Source: an uncultured Gammaproteobacteria bacterium (GTDB taxonomy: Bacteria; Pseudomonadota; Gammaproteobacteria; UBA9214). Taken from it: a DNA stretch of 64,000 bases. The stretch lies in NCBI GenBank assembly GCA_963748215.1, contig CAVVHS010000005.1:192001-256000 (forward strand), written 5' to 3'. Positions 29,265 to 41,775 of this stretch are shown here, in pieces (position 1 is the first letter of the stretch; every line of letters begins with the position of its first letter). Made by a program: the position numbers and the translations under genes. The notes beneath the pieces are model-generated. The model was not told where the DNA came from and searched no databases. It saw nothing but the letters and a program-made list of their open reading frames with translations.

Positions 29265-29765
29265 TTTCGCCCTTTAGGGCGAGGTACTTTCTCTTGAGTG
29301 CCCAAGAGAAAGTACCCAAAGAGAAGGGCACCCGATGCCCGCGTCGGCTGGCGCCGAACACCTCCGTTCCTCGTCAAGCCGGGGGCGCGCACAACTCGGA
29401 GCCGGAGCGGGATTGGCTAATCCCGCTCCGGCTTGCCTCGGACAGGGTGCGCGCCTTTTCCCCGGCTTGACTGCGGTACTCGGCGCGGCCAACGGGCCTG
29501 GGGGGTGGCGCCTTCAAGCCCCGTCAGGCGCTGCCGAGCATCGCAGGCATTTTGGGATGGAGCGAGCCGCCCTGTCGAGCTGGATTTGCAAGCCGGAAGG
29601 CGCGGCAAATCCTGCGAGTTCGGCGAGCGCCCAAAATGACGAGAAGCGCAGGGAACCCGAAAAGTCATCGAAGATGTCTTTTCGGGCAAGCCTCCGGGTC
29701 CGCCTTTCTTTTGGGTACTTTTCTTTGGCGGAGCAAAGAAAAGTACCTCGCCCGAAAGGGCGAAA
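29265..29765. mobile_element. ~500-bp non-coding element with long imperfect hairpin-containing inverted ends
   Basis: tttcgccc..gggcgaggtactttctcttg..caagagaaagtacccaaaga is mirrored by ttttgggtacttttctttg..caaagaaaagtacctcgccc..gggcgaaa. Confidence 0.75.
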
Positions 29766-29839
29766 CCTGCATTACATTCAGAATTCGAAACAGGAAAACA
29801 TGACGATAGCTTTGAGCCTTCACACGACATGATTTCCAT

Positions 29840-31141
29840 TCAATCCTCATCAAGGATACGCACCTCGGCGGAACGGGCGTGCGCGGTGAGGCCCTCGCCG
29901 TGCGCGAGCACGGCCGCGGTTTTGCCCAGCGTGCTGGCACCCGCGGCCGAGCAATGGATAAGGCTCGAGCGTTTCTGGAAATCGTACACGCCCAGCGGCG
30001 ACGAGAAGCGCGCGGTGCGCGAGGTCGGCAGCACGTGGTTCGGGCCGGCGCAGTAATCGCCGAGCACCTCCGCCGTGTAGCGTCCCATGAAGATCGCGCC
30101 GGCATGGCGGATGCGGGCGGCCATGGCTCGCGGGTCCTCCACCGACAGTTCCAGGTGTTCCGGCGCCACCTGGTTGGCGACCGCAATCGCCTGGTCCATG
30201 TCACGCACCTGGATCAGCGCGCCCTGCCCTTGCAACGATGCGGCGATGATCTTCGCACGCGGCATCTCCGGTAACAGGCGTTCGATACTGGCCGCCACCC
30301 GGTCGAGGAACGCACCGTCCGGGCTGACCAGGATGGACTGCGCATCCTCGTCGTGCTCGGCCTGGGAAAACAGGTCGACGGCTATCCAGTCGGGATCGGT
30401 ATTGCCATCGCAGATCACCAGGATTTCGGACGGGCCGGCGATCATGTCGATGCCGACCTTGCCGAACACCATGCGCTTGGCGGACGCCACGTAGGCATTA
30501 CCCGGTCCGACGATCTTGTCCACCGCCGGCACGCTGGCGGTGCCGTAGGCGAGCGCGGCCACCGCCTGCGCGCCGCCAATGGCGAACACGCGATCGACGC
30601 CGGCGATATGGGCCGCCGCCAGCACCATGTCGTTGACCTCGCCGTCCGGCGTCGGCACGACCATGATGAGTTCGCCCACGCCGGCAACCTTGGCGGGAAT
30701 CGCGTTCATCAGCACGGAGGACGGATAGGACGCCTTGCCGCCCGGCACGTACAGGCCGACACGGTCCATCGGCGTGACCTGCTGGCCCAGCAACGTGCCG
30801 TCCGCCTCGGTGTAGGACCAGGATTCGAGTTTCTGGCGCTCTGCGTAGGCACGCACGCGGTCGGCGGCAAACTCCAGCGCGTCACGCTGCTCCGGCTTGA
30901 TGACATCGACGGCGGCGCGGCAGTCAGCCAGCGGGATTTCAAGGCCGTTGCCTGCCTTGCGCCGGTCGAAGCGTTCGGTGTACTCGATCAGCGCCGCATC
31001 GCCGCGCGTGCGCACTGCGGTGATGATCTCGCGCACCACCGCCTCGACCTTCAGGTCGGCCGACTGCTCCCAGTCCAGCAGGGCCTCGAGGTCCGCCGCG
31101 AAGGTCGCGTCCTGAGAATTGAGTCGCCTGATTTCAACCAT
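29840..31141 (-). CDS. hisD: Histidinol dehydrogenase
   Basis: [21 protein letters not shown] and [13 protein letters not shown] motifs. Confidence 0.97.
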   Translation of the reverse strand: MVEIRRLNSQDATFAADLEALLDWEQSADLKVEAVVREIITAVRTRGDAALIEYTERFDRRKAGNGLEIPLADCRAAVDVIKPEQRDALEFAADRVRAYAERQKLESWSYTEADGTLLGQQVTPMDRVGLYVPGGKASYPSSVLMNAIPAKVAGVGELIMVVPTPDGEVNDMVLAAAHIAGVDRVFAIGGAQAVAALAYGTASVPAVDKIVGPGNAYVASAKRMVFGKVGIDMIAGPSEILVICDGNTDPDWIAVDLFSQAEHDEDAQSILVSPDGAFLDRVAASIERLLPEMPRAKIIAASLQGQGALIQVRDMDQAIAVANQVAPEHLELSVEDPRAMAARIRHAGAIFMGRYTAEVLGDYCAGPNHVLPTSRTARFSSPLGVYDFQKRSSLIHCSAAGASTLGKTAAVLAHGEGLTAHARSAEVRILDED

Positions 31142-31202
31142 GTCTGATCGTGTCCGGATGGGTGTCTGCCGGTGTGACGCCTGCGCCCCGTGTCACGCCC
31201 GC

Positions 31203-31835
31203 TCAGCCCTCGCAGGCCGCGCGCAGCCGCTCGATAAAATCGCTGATGCGGCCGTGCTTCATTTTCATCGAGGCCTTGTTGACCACCAGCCGCGAGCTGA
31301 TGTCCGCGATGTGTTCGAGCGGCACCAGCCCGTTCGCCTTCAGGGTATTGCCGGTGTCCACCACGTCGACGATGCGGTCGGCCAGGCCCACCAGCGGCGC
31401 GAGCTCCATGGAACCGTACAGCTTGATGATCTCCACCTGCTCCTGGCGGTCGGCATAGAAGCGACGCGTGCTGTGTACGTACTTGGTCGCTATCCGCATG
31501 CGCCGGCGCGTTCGGGCGCCCGAAGCGGGACCCGCCACCATCAGGCGACAGCGCGCGATCTTCAGGTCGAGCGGTTCGTACAGGCCCTCGCCACCGTGCT
31601 CCATGAGCACATCCTTGCCGGCGACGCCCATATCTGCGGCACCGTAACCGACGTAGGTCGGCACGTCCGCGGCACGGATGATGACCAGTTTCACGTCCTC
31701 CTGGTTGGTATCAAGGATAAGCTTGCGGCTCGTTTCCGGGTCGTCCAGCGGCGTCACGCCAGCCGCTTCCAGCAACGGCAGGGTTTCCTCGAAGATGCGT
31801 CCCTTGGACAGGGCGATGGTCAGTGCAGTGTTCAT
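31203..31835 (-). CDS. hisG: ATP phosphoribosyltransferase (short form)
   Basis: [20 protein letters not shown] and DVVDTGNTL motifs. Confidence 0.97.
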   Translation of the reverse strand: MNTALTIALSKGRIFEETLPLLEAAGVTPLDDPETSRKLILDTNQEDVKLVIIRAADVPTYVGYGAADMGVAGKDVLMEHGGEGLYEPLDLKIARCRLMVAGPASGARTRRRMRIATKYVHSTRRFYADRQEQVEIIKLYGSMELAPLVGLADRIVDVVDTGNTLKANGLVPLEHIADISSRLVVNKASMKMKHGRISDFIERLRAACEG

Positions 31836-31920
31836 GGGGCCAAGTTTCCGGCAGATAGGGCCGGTTTACAAGCTTGCCGGCGGGCGCACCAGGGCGTGCG
31901 GACGTGTTCTCGACTTCGCC

Positions 31921-33210
<1,290 letters not shown>

Positions 33211-33456
33211 TTACTGGATGCGGCGCTGGCTGCGCCACTGGTCCGGGGTGTAGGTGCGCAGTGCCAGCGCGTGGATCTCGCCGCCCATACGATCACCCAG
33301 CGTGGCGTACACCAGCTGGTGCTGTTTGACCATGGTGCAGTTTTCGAACCGGTCGCTGATGACGGTGGCCTCGAAATGGTCACCCTCGCCCTTCACCACG
33401 ACCTCGGCACCGGGAATCCCGGCCCTGATCAACGCTTCCAGTTCCTTGCTCTGCAT
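33211..33456 (-). CDS. ibaG: BolA/IbaG-family protein
   Basis: GDHF...QHQLVY...IHAL; lies between mlaB and murA. Confidence 0.88.
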   Translation of the reverse strand: MQSKELEALIRAGIPGAEVVVKGEGDHFEATVISDRFENCTMVKQHQLVYATLGDRMGGEIHALALRTYTPDQWRSQRRIQ

Positions 33457-33538
33457 TTCCAGACCCCGATTTAATGACAATAGCCATGACTGGCCGCGCA
33501 CCTGACGGGCAGCGACGGCCGGTCGGTACACAACACTT

Positions 33539-33841
33539 TCAGTGTGAAAGCGGGAGAATCTCTTCCAGCCCGCAAACACGGGCTATCGACTGCAATTGAG
33601 CGGGCACGTTGACGAAGCTGATACTGCGCCCTGCCCGCTCCGCATCGCGCAACCAGGCCAGCAGCAGCGCCAGGCCGGCGCTGTCCGCGCGAGTTACACC
33701 CTTGAGATCCACCCGGATCGCGTCCGCTCCAGCCATGCGCCGCGCGGAGCTGGCCAGCACCCCGGGCACGGTGTAGTAGTCCAGCTCGCCTACCAGCTGC
33801 CAGTCACCGTTGCCGCGATCTGTGAAACCGGCTTCTGGCAT
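33539..33841 (-). CDS. mlaB: MlaB STAS-domain protein
   Basis: DLKGVTRADSAGLALL motif; operon position. Confidence 0.88.
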   Translation of the reverse strand: MPEAGFTDRGNGDWQLVGELDYYTVPGVLASSARRMAGADAIRVDLKGVTRADSAGLALLLAWLRDAERAGRSISFVNVPAQLQSIARVCGLEEILPLSH

Positions 33842-33845
33842 GACG

Positions 33846-34466
33846 TCAGGATTTATTTTTCTCGACCAGTTGTGTGATCAGGTTGTCGATCCCCTTGTCC
33901 CGGATGATATTGCCGAACGAGGAACGGTAGTTGGTCACCAGGCTGACGCCGCTGATGGCGACATCGTAGACCTTCCAGCCCTCGCCGCTCCGGTACATGG
34001 AATAGGAAATCGGGATCGTCGAGCCGGCCTGCTCGATCTCGGTCCGCACCGTCACGGTGGGGGCACTGAGATCTCCCGCAAACGGCAGGTAGACAATCTT
34101 TTCATCGGCATAATCGGAGAGTGCCTGTCCGTAGGTGCGCACCAGCAGGCCACGGAACTGTTCGACGAAACGGTCGCGTTGCTCGGGTGTCGCCGTGCGC
34201 CAGTTCTTGCCCAGTACCCACTGGCTCATGCGCTCGAAATCGAAATACGGCAAGACAATGGTGGAAACCAGGTCGTACAGGCGCGAGGAATCCTGCTTGA
34301 TGGCTGCGCGGTTGTCCTTCAGCGCCACCAGCATGCGCGAGGAGGTATCCCGCACCAGCTCCAGCGGCGTGATGTCGCTGGCCGCGTGCAGCGACGTCGC
34401 ACAGCCCAGCGCAAGGTACAACAAGAACGCCCGCAGACCCGCTAGGCTGATTTTCGATGTATGCAT
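33846..34466 (-). CDS. mlaC: Phospholipid-binding protein MlaC
   Basis: WKVYDV..GVSLVTNYRS motif. Confidence 0.92.
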   Translation of the reverse strand: MHTSKISLAGLRAFLLYLALGCATSLHAASDITPLELVRDTSSRMLVALKDNRAAIKQDSSRLYDLVSTIVLPYFDFERMSQWVLGKNWRTATPEQRDRFVEQFRGLLVRTYGQALSDYADEKIVYLPFAGDLSAPTVTVRTEIEQAGSTIPISYSMYRSGEGWKVYDVAISGVSLVTNYRSSFGNIIRDKGIDNLITQLVEKNKS

Positions 34467-34991
34467 TTATTGTGACCCTGACACTGGCTCTGGCTCTGGC
34501 TTCGATCCTGAAGATACTGTTGACTCTTCCGGCTTTTTCGCGGCTGCATTATACAGGAACTGGCCGATGATCTGTTCCATTACCAGCGCCGACTGGGTCA
34601 GGTGGATCTGGCTGCCATCCACCAGGTTGGTCATCGATCCGCCCGGTTCCAGGGAGACATACTGCTCACCGAGCAGGCCGGCGGTGAAGATGCTGGCCGA
34701 GGTGTCTTCCGGGAAACCCTCGTACTGCGAGTCGATCTTCATCGACACCACGGCCTCGAAGGTCTTGAAATCGTAGCCGATGTCATCCACCCGGCCGACG
34801 CGTACGCCGGACACCGTCACCGGCGCGCGCACCTTCAGGCCGCCGATATTCTGAAAGCTTGCCTTGACCACGTAGCCATCGTTGTTGCCCAGCGTGCTGA
34901 GATTGCTGACCTGCATGGCCAGCATGAAAAGGGCCGCCATACCACCGGCAACAAACAACCCGACAACGATCTCGATTGTTCTGGCGTTCAC
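34467..34991 (-). CDS. mlaD: MCE-domain protein MlaD
   Basis: FQNIGGLK, GVRVGRV and TAGLLGEQY motifs. Confidence 0.95.
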   Translation of the reverse strand: MNARTIEIVVGLFVAGGMAALFMLAMQVSNLSTLGNNDGYVVKASFQNIGGLKVRAPVTVSGVRVGRVDDIGYDFKTFEAVVSMKIDSQYEGFPEDTSASIFTAGLLGEQYVSLEPGGSMTNLVDGSQIHLTQSALVMEQIIGQFLYNAAAKKPEESTVSSGSKPEPEPVSGSQ

Positions 34992-34995
34992 TCTT

Positions 34996-35264
34996 CAGGG
35001 CCTGCTAACACGTGGTTGGTCGTTGCGACGGTGGCCATTTTTTCGCCAGCCAAGGCAGTGCGAGTGCCGTGTAGTTGCACTACTCAAGCGAGCACTAACG
35101 CAGGATGGCGGGAAAATGGCCCCGTCCCTTCGGGTTGCGCCTGCAATCAGGCCATGCGGCGTTACTCGTCGTTCATTTAGCATAACTAAACCTCTCTCCT
35201 TGTACCTTGCCTGGCCTGATTTCAGGCAGCAACGCAACGATCAATCACGTGTTAACAGGCCCTA
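34996..35264. mobile_element. MITE-like structured element (homologue of 14751-15020) between mlaE and mlaD
   Basis: 30-bp TIR with 3 mismatches; internal sequence collinear with the 14.75-kb copy. Confidence 0.85.
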
Positions 35265-36041
35265 ATCTCCAAACATCAGTGCGGTCAGTACGAAATCCAG
35301 CCCCAGCACGACCAGCGACGTGTGCACCACCGTGCGGGTGGTTGCGCCACTGACGCCCTCCGCCGTCGGTACGGCATCGTAGCCCTCGAACAGTGCAATC
35401 CAGCCGGCGAAGAAGCCGAACACGATACTCTTGATGACACCGTTCATGATGTCGTCGTATAAATCCACCTTGGCCTGCATCTGCGACCAGAATGCCCCGT
35501 CGTCTACGCCCAGCAGGCCGACGCCGACGAAATGTCCGCCGTAGACGCCGACGGCACTGAAAATGGCCGCCAGCAGCGGCATGCAGAGGAACGCCGCCAG
35601 GAAGCGCGGTGCGATCACGCGCTGTACCGGGTCCACCGCCATCATTTCCATACCGGACAGCTGCTCGGTCGCCTTCATCAGGCCGATCTCCGCCGCCAGC
35701 GCCGATCCGGCACGCCCGGCGAACAGCAGCGCGGCGACCACAGGCCCCAGCTCCCGGACCAGCGACAGGGCCACCAGGACGCCCAGCGATTCCTCCGCGC
35801 CGAAATCGACCAGCGTATTATACCCCTGCAGGCCCATGACCATGCCCACGAACAGTCCGGACACCAGGATAATGACCAGGGTCAGGACACCGACCGAGTA
35901 CATTTGTCTCACCACCAGCCCCGGCCGCAACAGCATGCCCGGCATGCTGGCCAGTACCTGAAACAGGAACAGGTGCCCCCGACCCAGGCGCTGGAAAAAG
36001 CGCAGCGTCTGGCGGCCCAGCCTCTGCAATGCATTCAGCAT
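35262..36041 (-). CDS. mlaE: MlaE permease
   Basis: RELGPV, GRAGSA and ATTRTVV motifs. Confidence 0.96.
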   Translation of the reverse strand: MLNALQRLGRQTLRFFQRLGRGHLFLFQVLASMPGMLLRPGLVVRQMYSVGVLTLVIILVSGLFVGMVMGLQGYNTLVDFGAEESLGVLVALSLVRELGPVVAALLFAGRAGSALAAEIGLMKATEQLSGMEMMAVDPVQRVIAPRFLAAFLCMPLLAAIFSAVGVYGGHFVGVGLLGVDDGAFWSQMQAKVDLYDDIMNGVIKSIVFGFFAGWIALFEGYDAVPTAEGVSGATTRTVVHTSLVVLGLDFVLTALMFGD

Positions 36042-36847
36042 CAGCCGCGCGCCCCGCCGATCAGGTCGTCACGGAAGCCCGGCGCGGGGTAGTGAAACGC
36101 CACCGGCCCGTCGGGCTCGCCGTGAAGAAACTGGTGCGTCCACTCCGATTCGGATTTCCACAGCTCATCGGGCTTGCCATGGTCCATCACCCGACCATCC
36201 GACAGCAGATAGGCATAGTCCGCGATCGCGCTGGTCTCGCGCACGTCGTGCGAGACCACGATACTGGTCAGGCCGAGTGCACTATTCAGCTCGCGTATCA
36301 GCTTGACCAGGATACCCATGGAGATGGGATCCTGCCCGGTAAACGGCTCGTCGAACATCACCATCTCGGGATCCAGTGCGATCGCGCGCGCCAGGGCAAC
36401 CCGACGCGCCATGCCGCCGGACAGTTCGCTGGGCATGAGCCCGGCCGCGCCGCGCAGCCCCACTGCCTCGAGCTTCATCAGTACGAGATCACGTACCAGC
36501 GCTTCGGGCAGACGCGTATGTTCTCGGATCGGATAGGCAATATTGTCGAACACGTTGATGTCCGTCAGCAATGCGCCGCTCTGGAACAGCATGCCGATGC
36601 GCTTGCGCAGGCGGTACAGTTCCGGACGACTGAGCGTCACGACGTCCTGGCCCTGCACGAGTATGGAACCGGACAGCGGCGACAGCTGGCCGCCGATCAG
36701 CTTCAGCAAGGTGGTCTTGCCGGTGCCGCTCGGCCCCATGATGGCGGTGACAGTACCCGGCAGAATGTCGAGATCCACGCCATCGAATATCATTCGCTCG
36801 CCACGGGCATAGCGCAGGCCGCGTATCTGGACAACAGGCTCCGGCAT
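36041..36847 (-). CDS. mlaF: MlaF ABC ATPase
   Basis: [13 protein letters not shown] and DEPFTGQDP motifs. Confidence 0.95.
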   Translation of the reverse strand: MPEPVVQIRGLRYARGERMIFDGVDLDILPGTVTAIMGPSGTGKTTLLKLIGGQLSPLSGSILVQGQDVVTLSRPELYRLRKRIGMLFQSGALLTDINVFDNIAYPIREHTRLPEALVRDLVLMKLEAVGLRGAAGLMPSELSGGMARRVALARAIALDPEMVMFDEPFTGQDPISMGILVKLIRELNSALGLTSIVVSHDVRETSAIADYAYLLSDGRVMDHGKPDELWKSESEWTHQFLHGEPDGPVAFHYPAPGFRDDLIGGARG

Positions 36848-37081
36848 TATTCCTTTCCCGCACTCGTTCAAAAGGTCGACATTATGGACAGGCAGGCCGC
36901 TGCATTACAAACAGCAATTTCGACGGCCGGTATCGATGTGTATGATATTACGAACAGATTTCCGGAACCTGCCCGATGAAGCGCGCATTATCGTTCCACT
37001 TAGGGGAACCCCGCAAGCAGAATCCGGGATGGCCTGCCCGAACGGGATATACGTGCCCCCAAAACCCGCCGACCCACACTT

Positions 37082-38050
37082 ATGTGGACTGAACTGCTGG
37101 CCATAGCCGCCGGTTTCGTACTGCTGGCCTGGAGCGCGGCGCGCTTCGTGGAGGGTGCGAGCGCCATCGCCTGGCACCTGGACATCCCGCCACTGGTCAT
37201 CGGGCTCACCGTGGTCAGCATCGGCACCTCGGCGCCGGAAATCGTTTTCTCCGGGATTGCGGCCTGGCAGGGCAACGCCGGGCTGGCGGTGGGCAACGCG
37301 CTCGGCTCGAATATCATCAATACCAGCCTGATCCTCGGAATCGGTGCGCTGATCAGGCCCTTGTACGTGCATTCCAGCATCATCCGGCGCGAGCTGCCGA
37401 TGCTGCTGCTGGTCATGGGCTTCACCTACGCCCTGCTCGTCGACCACAGGCTCGGCCGCCTCGACGGCGCGTTGTTGCTGACCGGTATGCTCGCCGTGCT
37501 GTACTGGATCGTGCGGGTCGGCATGAAACCCCAGGCCGCACGCGACCCGATGGGCGAGGAATACGCACAGGAACTGCCGACCGGGCTCGGCATCGGTCGT
37601 GCAACAATACTGCTGGCCGTCGGTCTGCTGGTGCTGCTGGCGAGTTCGAAGCTGCTGGTATGGGGCGCGGCATCGCTGGCGACGATGCTCGGCGTCAGCG
37701 ATCTCGTCATCGGCCTGACCATTGTCGCGCTCGGCACCAGCCTGCCGGAGCTGGCCGCCACCATCAGCAGCGCGCTCAGGAACGAACATGACATGGCGCT
37801 CGGCAACATCATCGGCTCGAATATCTTCAACCTGCTCGCCGTACTCGGACTGGCCGGCGTGATCCGGCCGGAGCCGCTCGACCCGATCGTGCTGACGCGC
37901 GACTACCCCGTCATGGTGGGCATGACACTGGCGATGTTCTTCATGGCGTACGGCTTTCGCCACCCGGGGCGGCTGAACCGCTTCGAGGGCGCCCTGCTGG
38001 TGCTCGCCTATGGCGCCTACCAGACCCTGTTATACTTTGCCGAGACCTGA
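37082..38050 (+). CDS. yrbG: Calcium/sodium antiporter
   Basis: Duplicated GTS(A/L)PE and GN..GSNI motifs. Confidence 0.92.
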   Translation: MWTELLAIAAGFVLLAWSAARFVEGASAIAWHLDIPPLVIGLTVVSIGTSAPEIVFSGIAAWQGNAGLAVGNALGSNIINTSLILGIGALIRPLYVHSSIIRRELPMLLLVMGFTYALLVDHRLGRLDGALLLTGMLAVLYWIVRVGMKPQAARDPMGEEYAQELPTGLGIGRATILLAVGLLVLLASSKLLVWGAASLATMLGVSDLVIGLTIVALGTSLPELAATISSALRNEHDMALGNIIGSNIFNLLAVLGLAGVIRPEPLDPIVLTRDYPVMVGMTLAMFFMAYGFRHPGRLNRFEGALLVLAYGAYQTLLYFAET

Positions 38051-38076
38051 CGACGCGAACCCGCTACCATTCCGAC

Positions 38077-39051
38077 ATGAACGACACCAAACTGCAGGAG
38101 CTCGCCCTGGCGGTCATCGATACCGAGGCGCGCGCCGTCGACCGGCTGGCCGATGAAATCCGCAAGCCCTCGTTCGCGCATGCCTGTCACCTGATGCTGG
38201 ACTGCCGCGGACGCGTCGTCGTCACCGGCATGGGCAAGTCCGGCCACATCGCCGGCAAGATCGCCGCGACCCTGGCCAGCACCGGCACCCCCGCCTTTTT
38301 CGTGCATCCGGGCGAGGCCAGCCACGGCGACCTCGGCATGATCACGGCGTCCGACGTGCTGCTGGCGCTGTCCAATTCCGGGGAAACCGCCGAAATCGTC
38401 ACCATCCTGCCGATCATCAAGCGTCTCAAGGTGCCGCTGATCGCCATGACCGGCAATCCGGAATCCACCCTGTCGCAGGCCGCCACCGCCAACATCAACG
38501 TCAGCGTGGAAAAGGAGGCCTGTCCGCTCGGCCTGGCGCCGACCGCCAGCACCACGGCCGCGCTGGCCATGGGCGATGCCCTGGCCATTGCCCTGCTGGA
38601 GACGCGCGGCTTCACGGCGGAGGATTTCGCACGCTCCCACCCGGGCGGCACGCTGGGGCGGCGCCTGCTGCTGCTGATCGATGACCTGATGCACACCGGC
38701 GACGCCATCCCGCGTGTGTCGCCCGACACCCTGCTCAGCGATGCACTGGTGGAGATGACCCGCAAGGGCCTGGGCATGACCGCGGTGGTGGATGCCGATG
38801 GCAGGCTGGCCGGCGTGTTCACCGACGGCGACCTGCGTCGCACCATCGATCATCGCATCGACCTGCACACCGCCCGCGTCAGCGAGGTGATGACCGCCAG
38901 CTGCAAGACGGTGCATCCCGGCATGCTCGCCGCGGAAGCCCTGCAGATCATGGACGACAACAAGATCAACGCCCTGCCCGTAATCAATGACGATAACCAG
39001 ATCGTCGGCGCGCTCAACATGCACGACCTGCTGCGCGCCGGCGTGGTATAA
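38077..39051 (+). CDS. kdsD: Arabinose-5-phosphate isomerase
   Basis: GMGKSGH, EASHGDLG and HPGG motifs; CBS pair. Confidence 0.95.
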   Translation: MNDTKLQELALAVIDTEARAVDRLADEIRKPSFAHACHLMLDCRGRVVVTGMGKSGHIAGKIAATLASTGTPAFFVHPGEASHGDLGMITASDVLLALSNSGETAEIVTILPIIKRLKVPLIAMTGNPESTLSQAATANINVSVEKEACPLGLAPTASTTAALAMGDALAIALLETRGFTAEDFARSHPGGTLGRRLLLLIDDLMHTGDAIPRVSPDTLLSDALVEMTRKGLGMTAVVDADGRLAGVFTDGDLRRTIDHRIDLHTARVSEVMTASCKTVHPGMLAAEALQIMDDNKINALPVINDDNQIVGALNMHDLLRAGVV

Positions 39052-39063
39052 CTTCCCGTCACC

Positions 39064-39585
39064 ATGAAAGACATACTCGAAAAGGCCGCACGCATCCGAT
39101 TACTGATCTTCGACGTCGACGGCGTGCTCACCGACGGCAGCCTGTTCATTGGCGACGACGGCCAGGAATACAAGGCCTTCAACTCGCGCGACGGTCACGG
39201 CATCAAGATGCTGCAGAAGCACGGCGTCATCGTCGGCATTATCACCGGCCGCACCTCGAAAGTCGTCGAGCACCGCATGGCGAACCTGGGCGTCACCCAT
39301 GTCTACCAGGGCAAACTTGAGAAGCTGCCGGCCTTCGAGGAACTCATCGACAAGCTCGGCATCACTCCACAGGAGACAGCCTATGTCGGCGACGATGTGG
39401 TCGACCTGCCGGTCATGCGCCGCGTCGGACTGGCCATCGCCGTGCAGGACGCGCATCCTCTGGTGGTGCGCCACAGTCACTGGCAGACACCCCGCGGCGG
39501 TGGCCGCGGCGCGGCGCGCGACGTGTGCGAAATGCTGATGGAAGCGCGCGGCGTGCTCAAGCGGGAACTGGACAGCTACCTGTGA
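39064..39585 (+). CDS. kdsC: KDO-8-phosphate phosphatase
   Basis: DVDGVLTDG, GDDVVD and GGRGAARD motifs. Confidence 0.95.
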   Translation: MKDILEKAARIRLLIFDVDGVLTDGSLFIGDDGQEYKAFNSRDGHGIKMLQKHGVIVGIITGRTSKVVEHRMANLGVTHVYQGKLEKLPAFEELIDKLGITPQETAYVGDDVVDLPVMRRVGLAIAVQDAHPLVVRHSHWQTPRGGGRGAARDVCEMLMEARGVLKRELDSYL

Positions 39586-40145
39586 GCAACGCCCGCACGG
39601 TCATTCTGCTGCTGGTAGCACTGCTGGTGGTGGCCACCAGCTGGTTTTCCCGCCAGCAGGGCTCCCCCGGCGATTTGGCGGTCTTCACCGAGCGAGGTCC
39701 CGACGCCTACGCGGACGACGTCACCATCCGGGTTATGGATGCGGACGGCCAGCCCGTCTACCGACTGCGCGCCGCACACATTGCCTGGTATCCGGACAAC
39801 GACCAGCTGGCGCTGCGCCAGCCACAACTCGATGTGACGCGGCCCGATGGCGCACGCTGGCAACTGACCGCGGAACAGGGCCGGACCGGCCGCGCCGGCG
39901 ACCCGATTTCCCTGACCGGTAAGGTTATTATTCAAAGGCTTGAATCTGACTCACAGAATCCACTCAAGATCACAACCAGCGACGTGACAGTCCTGGCGGA
40001 CGCCCGCTTGGCGTTGACGGAAAGCGCCGCACAGGTGAGCGGACCGGGCTATCGCTTCGAGTCACTGGGACTGTCGGCGGACTTCAGCGAAAACCGTCTG
40101 GAGTTGCGTTCGCAGGTACGGGGCAATATCGATGGCAAGAGCTAG
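39582..40145 (+). CDS. lptC: LPS export protein LptC
   Basis: N-terminal TM; lies between kdsC and lptA; GTG start overlaps the kdsC stop. Confidence 0.85.
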   Translation: MSNARTVILLLVALLVVATSWFSRQQGSPGDLAVFTERGPDAYADDVTIRVMDADGQPVYRLRAAHIAWYPDNDQLALRQPQLDVTRPDGARWQLTAEQGRTGRAGDPISLTGKVIIQRLESDSQNPLKITTSDVTVLADARLALTESAAQVSGPGYRFESLGLSADFSENRLELRSQVRGNIDGKS

Positions 40146-40746
40146 CCGACTGACCCGACTGCTGTGCACGGCCGGCTGGCTGCTGTTACTGGCGCCCTGC
40201 CTTGCCTGGGGGCTCACCAGCGACCGCAGCCAGCCGATCCAGATCGAGGCGGACCGCGCCACCCTGGACGAGAAGACGGGCCTGAGCGTGTATGAAGGCA
40301 ATGTCTTCCTGCATCAGGGGACGCTGATGCTGCGCGGCAGCCGGATGAGCGTGCAGATACGTGACAGCCAGGTCGACACCATCATCATCGATGGCAAACC
40401 TGCCACCTTTTCGCAACGACCGGACAGGGCCGATACCGACCAGCAGGCCGAGGCCGATCACATCGAGTATCACACCGGCGACCAGCGCCTGATCCTGCAG
40501 GGCCATGCCATAATCCGCCAGTCGGAAAAGGAAGAGTTCAGCAGCAATCGCATCATCTTGAATCTCAGGAACAACACGGTAAATGCCGGCGGCAGCAGCA
40601 AGGGCAGCCGTGTGCGCATCACGCTGCAGCCGGACGCTGTCCCGGACATCGCGCCGGACGCTGCGACTGATGTTGCGCCTGGCGCCGTGCCGGACGCGGC
40701 ACCGCAAGGCACGCCACCCGGCGATCCGGCAGGCACACCGCCATGA
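40132..40746 (+). CDS. lptA: LPS transport periplasmic protein LptA
   Basis: [16 protein letters not shown] and RVRITLQP motifs. Confidence 0.92.
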   Translation: MARASRLTRLLCTAGWLLLLAPCLAWGLTSDRSQPIQIEADRATLDEKTGLSVYEGNVFLHQGTLMLRGSRMSVQIRDSQVDTIIIDGKPATFSQRPDRADTDQQAEADHIEYHTGDQRLILQGHAIIRQSEKEEFSSNRIILNLRNNTVNAGGSSKGSRVRITLQPDAVPDIAPDAATDVAPGAVPDAAPQGTPPGDPAGTPP

Positions 40747-41468
40747 GCCAGCTGAATACCTTCAACCTGGGCAAGGCCTACCAGTCTCGGCGCGTCGTCG
40801 ACGACGTCTCCATCACCGTCGACAGCGGCCAGGTCATTGGACTGCTGGGACCAAACGGTGCCGGCAAGACTACCTGCTTCTACATGATCGTCGGCATCAT
40901 CCCTTGCAGCGAGGGACGTATCGAGCTGGACGGCACTGACCTGACCGGACAGCCCATGCACGTGCGTGCTCGCCACGGGCTCGGTTACCTGCCGCAGGAA
41001 GCCTCCGTATTCAGAAAGCTCTCGGTCGCGGAAAACATCATGGCGATACTCGAGATCCGCAAGGATCTCGATGCCCACGAGCGCGGCGAGCGCCTGGAAT
41101 CGCTGCTGCACGAATTGCATATCGGTCATCTCGCCGAACAACCGGGCATCAGCCTGTCGGGCGGCGAACGGCGCCGCGTCGAGATCGCGCGCGCCCTGGC
41201 CGCCAACCCGCGTTTCATCCTGCTGGACGAGCCATTCGCCGGCGTCGACCCGATCTCGGTCATCGATATCCAGCACATCATCGAGCACCTGTGCAGCCGC
41301 GACATCGGCGTGCTGATTACCGACCACAACGTGCGCGAAACCCTCGGCATCTGCGACCGCGCCTACATCCTGAGCGAAGGCCGGGTCATCTCCGCCGGCA
41401 GCCCGCAAAGCGTGCTGGCGGACCAGCGCGTGCGCGAAGTCTACCTGGGTACGGAATTCCGGCTCTAG
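40743..41468 (+). CDS. lptB: LPS export ATPase LptB
   Basis: [26 protein letters not shown] and TDHNVRET motifs. Confidence 0.97.
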   Translation: MSQLNTFNLGKAYQSRRVVDDVSITVDSGQVIGLLGPNGAGKTTCFYMIVGIIPCSEGRIELDGTDLTGQPMHVRARHGLGYLPQEASVFRKLSVAENIMAILEIRKDLDAHERGERLESLLHELHIGHLAEQPGISLSGGERRRVEIARALAANPRFILLDEPFAGVDPISVIDIQHIIEHLCSRDIGVLITDHNVRETLGICDRAYILSEGRVISAGSPQSVLADQRVREVYLGTEFRL

Positions 41469-41633
41469 GAGCCTGTCGGACTTGGGCGATCGTAGCGAGC
41501 CGGGTGGGAGAACGAGGTCATTTTTCCGATCGTTCGAGGAGAATAGCCGTAGCTATTTGACGAGGAGGATCGGAAAAATGGGCCGCTGTCCCGCCGGCGC
41601 AGTAGATCAGTCCCTAGTCCGACAGGCTCCTAG
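41465..41633. mobile_element. 169-bp MITE-like element with CTAG at both ends
   Basis: TIR ctaggagcctgtcggact / agtccgacaggctcctag. Confidence 0.85.
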
Positions 41634-41775
41634 CACCGCGCGGCGCAGACGCGGCATCGTGACTGGATGCGGACGAAACTGCCTGTTACCCCGGCAAGCC
41701 ACAACACGTCACGGGTATAGACGTGCCAATCTGACAGGTATGTCAGGCAATGCTCCCAACAGGATATTGCCGGCA

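Noticed and set aside
29230-29361. N-terminal extension of HisC
   Set aside because: Derives from the inserted 500-bp element; the ATG at 29229 has an AGGA SD
31203-31835. HisG lacking its C-terminal regulatory domain
   Set aside because: Normal short-form HisG that works with HisZ encoded elsewhere
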